The position numbers and the translations under genes are program-made. The notes below the pieces were generated by a model. It was not told the origin of the DNA. It worked only from the letters and a program-made list of their open reading frames with translations, and did not search any database. A stretch of 64,000 nucleotides of DNA. Source: Chlorokybus atmophyticus. Taxonomy: Eukaryota; Plantae; Mesostigma and Chlorokybus algae. The stretch is from the NCBI GenBank assembly GCA_009103225.1, contig RHPI01001037.1, forward strand, positions 659,815-723,814, given 5' to 3'. Of this stretch, positions 12,688-24,300 are shown one piece after another (positions within the stretch are counted from its first letter, which is position 1; every line of letters begins with the position of its first letter).

Positions 12688-12936
12688 CCGTATCGGTATT
12701 GGAATACTATCATACTGGTTTTGGTAAACAGTGCTGATACAAAGCAACCATTCTTCACGCGGTTCGGCAAGGTACACGCATCCTATCCCCAACAGCAGGC
12801 TCCACAACCTGAGGTCCGTATCGGTATTGGAATACTACCATGCTGGTTTTGGTAAACAGTGCTGATACAAAGCAACCATCCTTCACGCGGTTCGGCAAGG
12901 TACACGCATCCTATCCCCAACAGCAGGCTCCACAAC
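12681..12936. repeat. Two tandem near-identical 128-bp units next to (CT)n and a gap
   Basis: Units are 12681-12808 and 12809-12936 with a few substitutions. The (CT)n tract runs 12645-12682. Confidence 0.9.
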
Positions 12937-13320
12937 CTGTTGGTATAGTTGGTGCGGTTTTCTTAATGAAGATTGTGGTCAGATTGACATCAGACTACCT
13001 GTAACACAATCTACAAGGCTGTTCGCAAAATGACCCGAGTCAGAGGCCAGCGATACCTATCAGGTCGAACCATGTGAGAGCATCCAGGCGCACTGCTCTG
13101 CTTTCCTGCGATTGCTCATGACTTGTGCATAAGGACATAACTAAGCACAAGACATTTACTTGACAGCCCTGGATTCGCGCATCTCGATGTCCAGAGGCAA
13201 CACAGCAGCAAGGCAAGAGCATACTGAACGTCGCCGGACATTCATTGCCAACCACTAATGGGGTTTGTGAAATACGCAACAACTTGGTCTGAAGGCAAGT
13301 CTACTGGTCACAGATTTGAA

Positions 13321-16300
13321 TCATGGCGAGGATGATACCGACCGCAAACTAAGCTGAGATATGGCGCGCTGCAAGTTGGTGTTTATCGTCAACTGCTTGT
13401 GCGGCATGCGTTCGCCTGTCATCGGAGAAACTTCATTCTGCACAAACCACTGCTCTATTGCAACCTTCTCGTATGAGTAACCATCAGCGGCGACCACGGG
13501 GTCCTGCAAGTACCCGTCACAGTGAGTGCCACATCAGGTGTCAAAGCAACCCAATATGCACACATGGGACAACTAGCCATGACAAGGAAACGAACCCTGT
13601 TTGCATCAGCAACTTACTGTCATGATTTGAGAAGTGATTGGACAGAAGAAACAGTCAATGTCGGGCGACTGGTCCACGTCAGGCCTGGCTCTTGAGCGGC
13701 ATGCCACGCCTTCACGATTGAGGCGCTCTAGCGTGGGAAGCACCTGCAATGCCGAGTTAAGTCCGCCGATTGCAATCCTGCCATACTGCATGCATGTCGC
13801 GCAAACAAACAGTACCTCTTGCGCCAGGTCAGGGCGACAGTGGCGATCTAATGATGCGCATTTAATAGCCAGGTCGGCCAGCTCTTCGGCAATACGTTCC
13901 GGCCAGGGCTCAGGCTTTGAATCCGCAATCTTGTAGAGCTGCCCTTCTCTTAGCGCATCAGATACGAGCCCATACAGGTTTAGCGGCGGCTTTCCAGTAA
14001 GCATCTCCAGCAACACTGCCAGGGAGTGGATTGCACGGAATTGAGCACAACCTGCAACAGTACCAGCAGATGACACACACCAGCAAGGCTTACCAATCCC
14101 AAAACTATATACATCCGACTTGGGCCCAAGCTGGCCAGAGCGGTAGTACTCAGGATCCACATAGAGGAGGGTCCCACCAGGGGATGAATCCATCAACACG
14201 GACATCTTCATGGTTCGTGCTCCGAAGGCAAGTTCGGGTGCGAGGCGGGCAAGCCCAAAATCGCCCACTTTTGCGTTGAAATTCGTATCCAAAAGAACGT
14301 TGGCAGTCTTGAAGTCCCTGCAGAACAGACGTGTCAATTGAACCTCGTGCATAAAAACACACTTGCCGGTAGTGTGAAGGCCAGTGCTTGGCCAGCAGCC
14401 TGCTGATATGAGGCAGGCAGTGCTTTAATCGCGGGAGTCATACCTGTGAATAATTGGTGTGGGAAGTGAATGCAAAAACAACAGACCACGCGCCGCTTGA
14501 ACGGCAATGGCCAAGCGCTTGTCCCAAGGCAAAGGAGGCGTATTTCCACGGCAAAGCAAGCGATCTTCTAGGCTGCCCTGCTCGCAGAACTCGTACACCA
14601 GGGACTGTTGTCCTGGAACTGAGTGATGTCCCATCAGGGCAACAATGTGTGGATGCCTCACGTACCCCAGCACCTGTTCGCAACAACCATGACAACCAGC
14701 ACTTGCATGCTGCAAGTTGATGCGCAACAGTCATCATCATGACCAATGACTGGTACAGTTTGCAGACCAGCAAGTAACGCGGGTGCACTTACTGGATTCC
14801 AGTATGAAGTTGACAAATTCTCGTGCACAGTGCAAAACTGGTACCAAATGACAGAGATATGCATTTGCTTGTGGACACGATGGCCAAAGCAAACTTGAAC
14901 TGCACCTGTAGCTCCTTATCAAACTCAGTCGTTCCCTGCTGCCCGTGTTGGTTGAGACGTTTGATAGCCACAGGGGTGCCTGCTACAGTGCCAAAGTATA
15001 CAGGACCAAACGCTCCTTCACCGATCTTATTTTTTGCGTTGAAATTGCCAGTGGCTATCTTAAGCTCCTCCCACTCAAACTGCGAAGCATCCAGTACTTT
15101 AAGCCGCAATGACAGCAACGAACCAACATGACCACTTGAACACTGTGTATGGAACCAACCTGCCGCAGCTTAGCTTGTGACATTTGTAAGTTTTTCAAGA
15201 AGTCATTCAACTGGGCCTGCATGTCGGTGACTTTTCTGTCAATCGCATCCACTTTGGGGGCCATCTTCCGAATGTCCCCTAGAAGTTGCATCAACTCCGA
15301 GTCCCTTTCACCACCATTCTTGGCAACGATCATTGGCAACTCCTCATGATCCTTTACAGCGCCTTGTTGCAGTTCACGCACCCAATACTGCACGTCACAT
15401 GCATGCATTGGTTACAGAGACAATATGTATACACACCTGAGTCCACAACAGCAGTGACAAGCTCACCTTCTCAGCATTGTCTGGCTTCTGCATCTTCACA
15501 TATACTCGCAAAAGAATGTCTGTGCGCAATGCTGTCAATGCATCTCGCATATTTTCAGCCACCAGTATAAACTTCCGTTCATACACATCCCCTCGCAGAA
15601 AGCGCTTGAGTTCAAACAGCAATTCGCCTTCTTTGCGAGTCCACTTCTCCACCATCTCCTTGGCTGTTGCAAGCGTATCCTGCAATGCAATGCAAAGATG
15701 AGGGTAGCTGCCAACAATCTGGCAACGCGACAACAGGGGACAGAGTTGCACACCTGGACGTACTGCAACCGGCTCACTGTAGTATGGACATCTGCCTCGT
15801 TGCCCAGCTGTATGTGCCTTGCGGACGACTGATCTGTCAACAATGGTTCCACAAGGCTCCTTATCTCTCTGGCTTGCCGCGCTAAACTTGCACACCGCGC
15901 CTGCAACACAGCACCATTGCTGCCGCTTCTGGTACTAACAAGCTGGACATGCTAACTCCAGCAAAAACAACATTTTTTGCATGCAATCTTACAAGAATAG
16001 ACTGATGCAACTAATAGACAGCCAAAGTGTGCACTCTGTATCCGACCTTATTGGCGTTGCAAATGTCGTTCAACCTGTCCAGTTCCGCTGCCAAGAACAC
16101 TATGCCGCGAATGCATCCAGCAAAAGGCATGACAGCTGTCGCTACTTGTACACCAGCTTCAAGCAAGCCTGCAGCCACGACACCAGCGGCGAGAATTCCA
16201 CCACCGACAACGGCAGCACCACCCGCTGCAGCAACAGCCCTAGCAACGGCATGACCTGTAGATGCGGCAGAGAGTCAGCAGCAGCGCCCTGAGCCCGAGC

Positions 16301-18119
16301 CATTAAGCTGTTAGGCACGGTGGCATGGACTCACAGGCACACAAATTGCAAGCAAGCCACAACCACCACAGTCACAATTACACTGTGACGTAATTGTGAG
16401 CAGTTACAGTGTAATTGCTCACAATTACAGTGACACCTTGTTAACCTCAAGGAGGCTTACGGTGTGATGCCGGGTTCAACACGTTGCGCATGGATTCATT
16501 CTCAGCCTTTTCGCTGGCAGTTTTGCCATCAATATTTCTGAGAGTGGGGTCTCCACCACCTTCGAGCAGCACCTTCGCTATCTCCCCTTTTGATAGCACA
16601 GCGGCTTCATGTAAAGGGGTGTCCCCTCTCTAAGACAGCATCATGTTGGCATTTGCAACACTTTGTGAGGTGTGCACATGCAAATGAGGACAACCAAGCC
16701 AGTAGCCATACCGCATTACAAGCGTTGGGGTTCGCCCTGTGGTTGAGCAATTCCAGGACAGCAGATGTCTCCTCGTGTCCAGCAGCCCAGTGAAGCGGTG
16801 TAGAGTTTTGCTGAGCGCAGCATTCATGTCAAATACAGGTGAGCACAAGGTAGGATCAGCCAGATATATCTAAACAACTTCTCAAATGCGTGCCTGTCAG
16901 ACATCGCACAATGTGAAAGTTGCCGCTTGAACAATATTGCATTCTCATAACCATAAGTGCATGACGGCATAGCATGACAGCCATCTGGTGTATGAACGAC
17001 AGCAGGCCAACAACGACTGGTGCAATGCATGACAGTTGTTCAACGATATGTTGCGAGGATGCACTTCTTACTTTGTTGACGGCATTCACGTCTGCACCTC
17101 CGTCACACAAGGCCCTAATGGTTGAACAACTTCCGGACAGGGCAGCGTTATGCAGCGGAGTCGTCCCGTCACGATTTGAGGCCGATGGTTTGGCTCCATG
17201 CTGGATCAGCACCTGCAGAAACCAAGCACACCTACATCAGCACTAGTGGTGACCACAGGCCTAGTTGTCTTCCTGCGAGGCCGCTAACTACGACTAATAA
17301 ACCCTGAATTTCAACACACCACAGCCTGTTCATATCCCTTCCAAAGATGCGCACATCATACAGCACTACATTGTGCCAGTTTGTAGTGATAGATGCAATT
17401 CTTTGTGAGATTGTGACGAGTCCAACCACTGACGACACTCTGTATGTTGCTGACATCGAAAATATACAAGGACACACTGTCTCAATGCCAGAAGACTTGC
17501 AAGATCACGACTGACAATTACGCAATGGTTGTGCAACAAACCACTGACCTTGACCATCTCCGCCTTGCCAAGCAAAGCCGCTTCGTGCAAAGGCGTGCTG
17601 CCCTCGTTGTTCTGTGCATTCACGTCCGCACCCCTGGCGATGAGCACCTCTGCCTCACGGGGCTGTCCATTCTTGACAACCCTGTGCAGAAGGGTGTTGC
17701 CGTCCTGTCCAACAAAACGCTGTAAACTTGAGAGCATCCACATCCGCGCTGCTGTACATACAAGCACAGCTGCGGTCAAGATGACGCAACACTGGACTCA
17801 GGATGTCTCTCGCCACCTGTACAGAACTACTCACCGTGCGAGATACCTGAGTGCGGGCATTGGGGTCTGCGTCTGCCGGCAGTGCGTGCCGGAAGTTTGG
17901 GGCAGATGCATAGTGGGTGTGTGGTTGTTGAAAATTATTAGGTGACCGCGGCGCCATTGGAGAAAAGGACTCCGTCCGTGCGCCTGTCGACGAGGGCAAT
18001 GACGGGGACGAGTGCAAGGCACTGTAAACTGTCCCACTGGCGCTGCCATTGCCGTAAGGAGGCGGCTGAGGAGGGAGGTGTTCTTTTACCTTCTTGCTCC
18101 TGCCAAACAGCTGCTTCAT
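13321..18119 (-). CDS. Ankyrin repeat / MLKL-HeLo-like helical bundle / RLK-Pelle (IRAK-like) kinase / U-box fusion protein
   Basis: Exons join in phase: 18119-17847, 17704-17549, 17212-17072, 16810-16712, 16629-16461, 16255-16047, 15900-15754, 15679-15467, 15387-15160, then kinase exons from 15079. There are five ANK repeats (TPLH-type). Kinase motifs are [16 protein letters not shown]|DFKTAN, DFG and [10 protein letters not shown]. The U-box reads FFCPITSQI|[25 protein letters not shown]. The ANK, kinase and U-box calls are secure; the four-helix-bundle call is an inference. Confidence 0.88.
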
Positions 18120-19575
18120 TCTGTGAGCGCCCTAGAGCAGGCCTCCCCTTTCTTGTTTAGCTCCAGGAACCACGCCGCCGCCGCCACATCCGCCCTTCCC
18201 ACTCGACCATGATGGCCACTGTTAGGCCTCGACACACAAACCCTAACTAGCTCACTAGCTCCTTGCCAACAGCGCCTCAAGAGCAACGCGTCCGTCAGCT
18301 GTCCTGGGCGTACATACACTGCGCCTCAAGCAAGCCCCGAACACGTACCAAAGCAAACAACAGTGTCACAGCTGCGACGCAGCACAAGTAGGCCTAGCCG
18401 CAGCCTGGTCTTCCACAAGAGAAGCTTGCTCCTGTTGGGTTTAAGGCTTCGTAGAGGAGGTCTTGGGCAACAAGCACCCGCTCACTGAACCACTCCTCAT
18501 CCGCCGCCGCCGCCGCCGGCACAGCAGAGATGGAGTCGGGCGCGCATGCAATGTCGCCTGCTGGCAGGATTGCGCGCCACACAATAATTACGTGACGTAT
18601 TTGCCATGTTGCGTCGTAATGTCCAAGTTTCTTCCAAGTTGGGTCTACACTACAGTAACTGTAGGTTTAGGGACCTGGCCTAGTAGGGGCCCTAGGCAGA
18701 GCTGTAGCGTTACTCTGGTACACGGTGCATAATTCTTAGCTGGGATGGAGGCTGAGTCGGTCTGTGTGCGGCGGTGAATTGGTAAATTTGTGTATCTGAG
18801 TAGGGTAAGGTGCCCTTACTTCGGACACTTTTTACTAATAAGGTCGAACCTGATGTAATTTTAAGCCGTTTTGAGCTCTTAATAACTCATCTGAAAGCTC
18901 ATTTGATGGCCTATCGGCTGGCCTCGTCCTCGGATTTTTCTCCAATGGCATGCTCTCATGAGCAGCAGGGTAAGACCACCAAAACTTGCAGCCGATCTAA
19001 TGTGGCTGATCCTAACTTTGGACCAGCTTGAATCGCATGTAGGTTGTAAGGCCGACGGTGGTTGTGGCGGCGCAACGGCGATAAAGTGCCAGGCAGTGCC
19101 GCTAGGTTGGTGGCGCACTGGTGGCGTGGCTTACGCCAAAGAGCGGCAGGTACAACGAGCCTGCAGGTGAGCTCAAGTGTTGGTTGGACTGCATTGTGTG
19201 TATGGCCTCCTTGTAAGCTCAAGCGTTGGTTGGACTATCTAAGTGTATGCACGTCTTGTGAGCTCAAGTAGTGGTTGGACTGCCTACATGTATGCACGCC
19301 TTGTGTGTTTGCATCTTTGTGTGTTTGTTGGTTGATAACCACACACGTTTGCACAGCATGTACACACAGCAAGCACACCGATTCACACATGATGTACAGC
19401 GAATGGTGTATGCAGAGTTGCATGTATCAGTTGTGAGGCGTAAGCAGGTTTATATGTACAAGTGAACAAGCGCTATTTACATGTGGTCCAAGCTGTGCTA
19501 AGGCTAAGACTAGTAAAGGATCTTGGTGAGGCGCAAGCCGCCTCTCTTGCATGCCCATGCACGATTTTTCGCCGG

Positions 19576-20089
19576 TGTGATTGTAACTATTGGGGCCCGA
19601 CCACTAGGCTATGGTAGTAAAAGACACTACCATGAGTGAGGTCTGTCACAATTTATCCCAATTCGTGACATTCCTCCCCAAATTAACCCATGAGTTCCTC
19701 ATAATCCAATGAGGCACTAGCCCACGTCGCCGTTTTCGCGGCCGTACCACAATCGGTCTGCCCACAGCCTGTTGGATCCGGCCAACGAACGGTCCTGACC
19801 GACCGAACGGCCATCCTCACCGCGCGACCTGCCATCGCAGCGCGACCGCTCACGCGGCCTTAGGTTGAACTGGCTCGGCGCGCAGGTCGTGATCCCGCGC
19901 CCAGCCTAGGGCAAGCCGCCCCAAATGTTTTTGTTTTTGCCTTGGATCCGCCTCAGTCCCCTACGGGAATTGAACCTGAGACGTCAAGCTCCGAAACCGT
20001 TGTAACAATTGGGGCCCGACCACTAGGCTATGGTAGTAAAAGACACTACCATGAGTGAGGTCTGCCACAATTTATCCCAATTCGTGACA
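19576..20089 (-). mobile_element. TRIM-1: miniature non-autonomous LTR element
   Basis: 89-bp direct repeats at 19582-19670 and 20001-20089 (TGTAAC..GTGACA). A PPT-like TGGGGAGGAA lies at 19680-19671. A degenerate PBS (acggtttcggagc) follows the 5' LTR. GCCGG at 19571-19575 and 20090-20094 fits a 5-bp TSD only if the left end is extended by 6 nt. Confidence 0.8.
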
Positions 20090-21303
20090 GCCGGTGTTGC
20101 CTCGAGTAGAGCAGGTCTTGCGACACTAGCACATGTGAGGTCTTGCCCCTTTATGTTAGCCATGGGCCTGCTTCTGCTTGCTCCTCATCCTCAGTAATGC
20201 TACTGACTACCTCCTTGTTGCGCAGGGAGGCAGCGAGCACTGCAGCTTTTTCAGCTGTGGCTGCCTCGCGTGCTTCGCGTGCTTTCTTCTGTTGCTTGGC
20301 CGCCGCTGCGGCATCTTTCTCCTCAGTCTTCTCCCTCAGCTGCTGTGCCTTCTCCTGCGCCTTGGCCTCCTCATCTGCTACTGCCTCCAGCCTCTTCCTC
20401 CTCATGTCTTTCCTCCTTGCTACCCGTGCTGCCACCAGACGTTGTTTCTCCTCAGCCTGGTCGCGCAGGTGTTGAATGATTTCCGGGCTAGTGAGGATGG
20501 TGGTTGAACGCGGATAGGATCTGCCTGGTCGGAGCTTGAAGCTGATATATTCGGGCAGCACCTCCTCTGTGCCCAACTCCTGCTCCTCTTTCGGACAGTC
20601 ACATACTTGTGTGTTGTCCGTATTTGCCTCCGGTCTTCATCAGCACCAAACTCTGCACTGATCAGGGCCTCCAAGAGTGTGGAACTGATGCCTGGCTCTG
20701 CTGTCTGTGGTTGCGCCGCTGGCTCATCCTCGGGTCATGCAGTCTATCGTCCAAGGCGTGGTGGTCTATTGGCGACAGTCCTGCCAAGTACTGCTTGCAG
20801 TGTGTGCATGCTCTGGCTTGATAATGCACAGGTGTTTGGACAGTGCTGTTGTCAGGAGAGAGGGTGTGCCCCTCCTCCCTTTAATCCCCTACCCCAACAC
20901 CACCACCAGCCTCGCCGCCGCCGCCGCCACTGCCGGGGCAGTTGCCAGAGCAAAAGATGCTCTGGCTATGGCGGCCGCTGCGTTAGCAGCGCCGCCATGC
21001 AGCTGATATCAACATGAGACTCATGTCGATATCAGTGTTATAGTTAAGTAACACTACATTAAGGCCTTAACACTAGGTTAACGGCCCTAATAAGGCTTAA
21101 TAGGCTGTATAATCCCGTTGGGACCCTTATTTAATCCTAAATAAGGGCGGGGAACCTCTATGGAGGTAGCACACCGTTACATTCCCCCCCACTTAGGTTT
21201 CAATGTCCTCATTGAAGGGTTAGCAAAGCCCCATCACGAGTCACAAAACGAAAGCAGTGAGAGAACCAGGGCCGAAGCGGTAAAGATGTCTGCCAGCACC
21301 CTT

Positions 21304-24300
21304 TTACCGTTCGCGTGTGGACACAGTACTCCAGTACCCCCGAAGAACCTCTTGGCAGTTGGTAAGATTCCTTTCGGGCTCCCATGTATTGTGTTCAACA
21401 CCATACCCTTTCCATTTCACCAAGTAGGACGGCGCGCGTCCGCGTCGAGGCTTACGGTGACTTAGGATTGCTTCCACCTCATACTCAAATGTATTGTCAC
21501 CATCCACTGCGACTGGGGGTGGAGGAGGTTGAACCCGACCGTCTGATCGGTACGGTTTCAGTACACTCACATGAAACACATTGTGAATTCGTATCGACAT
21601 TGGTAAATCCAAACGATACGCGTGAGTGCCGACCCGATCAATCACTTTGAAAGGGCCTATCCAACGAGGGAAAAATTTACGGGTACCCACTCCCTTGATG
21701 GATATATTTTTGGTACTCAAAAGTACTGAACAGCCCACATCGTAGCTGGCCTCCCTACGATGCGCATCAGCATGGGCTTTTTGTCTATCTTGCGCTGCGC
21801 GCAGACAGTGCTTTGCCAACGCTAACCTATCCTGCATGGCCGAAGCCATCTCGCGCGCTGCAGGTACGCGAGTTATATCGGTTGCGGGCAATTTTAAATT
21901 CGCAGGACTCAGTGGATGCACGCCGTAATTTAAAAAGAACGGCGTTTCCTGCACACTCTCTTGCCAAGCATTGTTGATCGCAAACTCAGCCATTGGAAGA
22001 TAAATATCCCAATCAGACTGATTTGGACTCACATAATGCCGAATGGTTTCTTCAATCACTTGATTGGCGCGTTCTGTTTGCCCATCCGTTTGTGGATGAT
22101 AAGCTGTGCTCATATTCTGCTGAATGCGTAAGAAGCTGCATAGCGACTTCCAGAATTGAGCTACAAATCGCGGATCGCGATCAGACACAAAGTTGCGCGG
22201 CAGGCCGTGCAACTTAAAAACAGACGCGACAAAAACCATTGCTAAATCGCGGGAGCCTATCTCCGTGCAACAAGGGATAATATGAACCATTTTTGTCAAT
22301 TGGTCCACAAAAACTGCAACCGCAGTGTGGCCTAATTGTGTCTTAGGGAGCTCAGTAATAAGGTCCATACTCACCCTTTCCCATTTGCCATCAGGAACAG
22401 GCAAAGGTCGCAGCAACCCAGCGGGATTCTGACGTAACGGCTTGTCACGCTGACATTTGTCACAGGTGTCAACATAACGCTTTACGTCAACAGGCAACGA
22501 TGGCCACCAGTACAGCTGTTGCGCTGCCTTGGTAGTCTTGCGATTTCCAAAGTGCCCAGCGTACGGTGGGTCGTGTACATCAGCTATGCATTGCATGCGT
22601 AGCCCAGCATGGTCAGGTATCACCAAGCTAGCACCCATATAATACAAGTTGTCTCGTGCTTCAAGCTGTTGTATATTCTCTTGCCGTGAGAACCATGGGT
22701 CTAAGGAATACCCATGCAAAACAGATTGCACAAATGCATCATTAGCGGGCAATGTAACTTGCGTCGCAAGCAATTGCGCACGCATAACTGCCAATAATGA
22801 CGGACAGCGATTTAAGGGATCTGCCACATTAGTTCTGCCAGGCCGATATACCCATTCAAAAGTAAATCGCGACAGAAACTCATTCCAGCGAGCTTGCCTA
22901 CGTGACAAGGTCAGCTGCGTTGAGAAGTATACTAATGGGTTGTGATCAGTCACCACTGTGAACTGAACTCCCTCTAAGTAACATCGCCAAGTTTCGAGAG
23001 CATGTACGACACCAAGCAACTCTTGCTCAGTAGTAGTGTAGTTTACCTCCGCTGGGATAAACTTCCTACTTTCATAAGCACATGGTCTGCCGTCTTGCAG
23101 TAGTACTGCACCACACCCAAGGGTGGAAGCATCACTGACCACAGTGAAATGTTTATCCCAATTTGGCAATGCCAATACTGGAGCTGAAGTTAATGCTAAC
23201 TTCACTTGTTGCATAGCAGCTTCTTGGTCTGACGTCCAAGAAAATGGCGCGTCCTTTCGCAACAATTTAGTCAAGGGCATTACAACTGTAGAATAACCCA
23301 TCATAAATTTGCGAAAATAATTTGCCAATCCCAAAAATGATCTCAGTTGATGAATATTTTTGGGTTGAGGCCAATTCTTGACAACTTGCACCTTGCGAGG
23401 GTCAGGCTTTACACCCGCACCACTCACAACATGTCCCAAGAATGGTAACTCCGATTTGCAAAAGTCACATTTTGCAAGGCTGGCAAATAAATGATGCTTC
23501 CGCAACAAAGTAAACACCGCTTCTAAGTGTTGCTTATGTTCCTCTTTGGTTTTACTAAAGACAATAATGTCATCCAAGTAAACCATAACATACTTGCCAA
23601 GTATATTACCGAAAATTTTATTCATTTCCTTCTGAAACACAGCAGGCGCATTCGTCAATCCAAAGGGTAGCACTTTGTATTGATAATGGCCCGAAGGTGT
23701 TCTGAAAGCTGTCTTATAGACATCAGCGGAATGAATTCGGATCTGATGATATCCACTTGTCAGGTCTAATGTACTGAAGTATGCATTACCTGATAGTTTA
23801 TCAAACACGTCATCAATCCGTGGCAACGGGTATCGATTTTTCACCGTGATTTTGTTTAAAGCACGATAGTCCACACACATGCGCAATTTTCCATTCTTTT
23901 TCATCACAAATAGGATGGGTGCGCCAAAGGGTGAAGAACTTGGTTCAATCAATCCTTTTTCCAATAACTCCTTGATTTGTGTTTCCATTTCCCCCCTTTC
24001 TCTAGGGCTTAGCCTATATATTGGCCGAAAAGGAGGATCACTATCAGGAATTAATGGTATAGTGTGTCCGACACCTCGGTCAGGAGGCAAGCCCGGCAAC
24101 TCATCTGAGAACACATCTTGATATTCCTCAATGAGGTCTGCCACACCTTCAGTACTACCCGGCGCAATGTCATCTGATGAAGACAAATGTACCAGAAAAG
24201 CCGGTGTGTTTTTGCGCAACGCACGTTTCACCTGTAGTGCCGTGAGTAACGCAGGGTCGGGTTGCTTGAATTCCAAGCTATGCGACCCTTTCACAGACAA

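Noticed and set aside
12681-12936. 128-bp tandem duplication as a functional element
   Set aside because: It adjoins a gap and a microsatellite, has only two units, and could be an assembly effect.
18394-18582. 62-aa ORF upstream of the kinase-U-box gene as an extra first exon
   Set aside because: It ends in its own stop and I found no in-phase splice to 18119. It could be a uORF.
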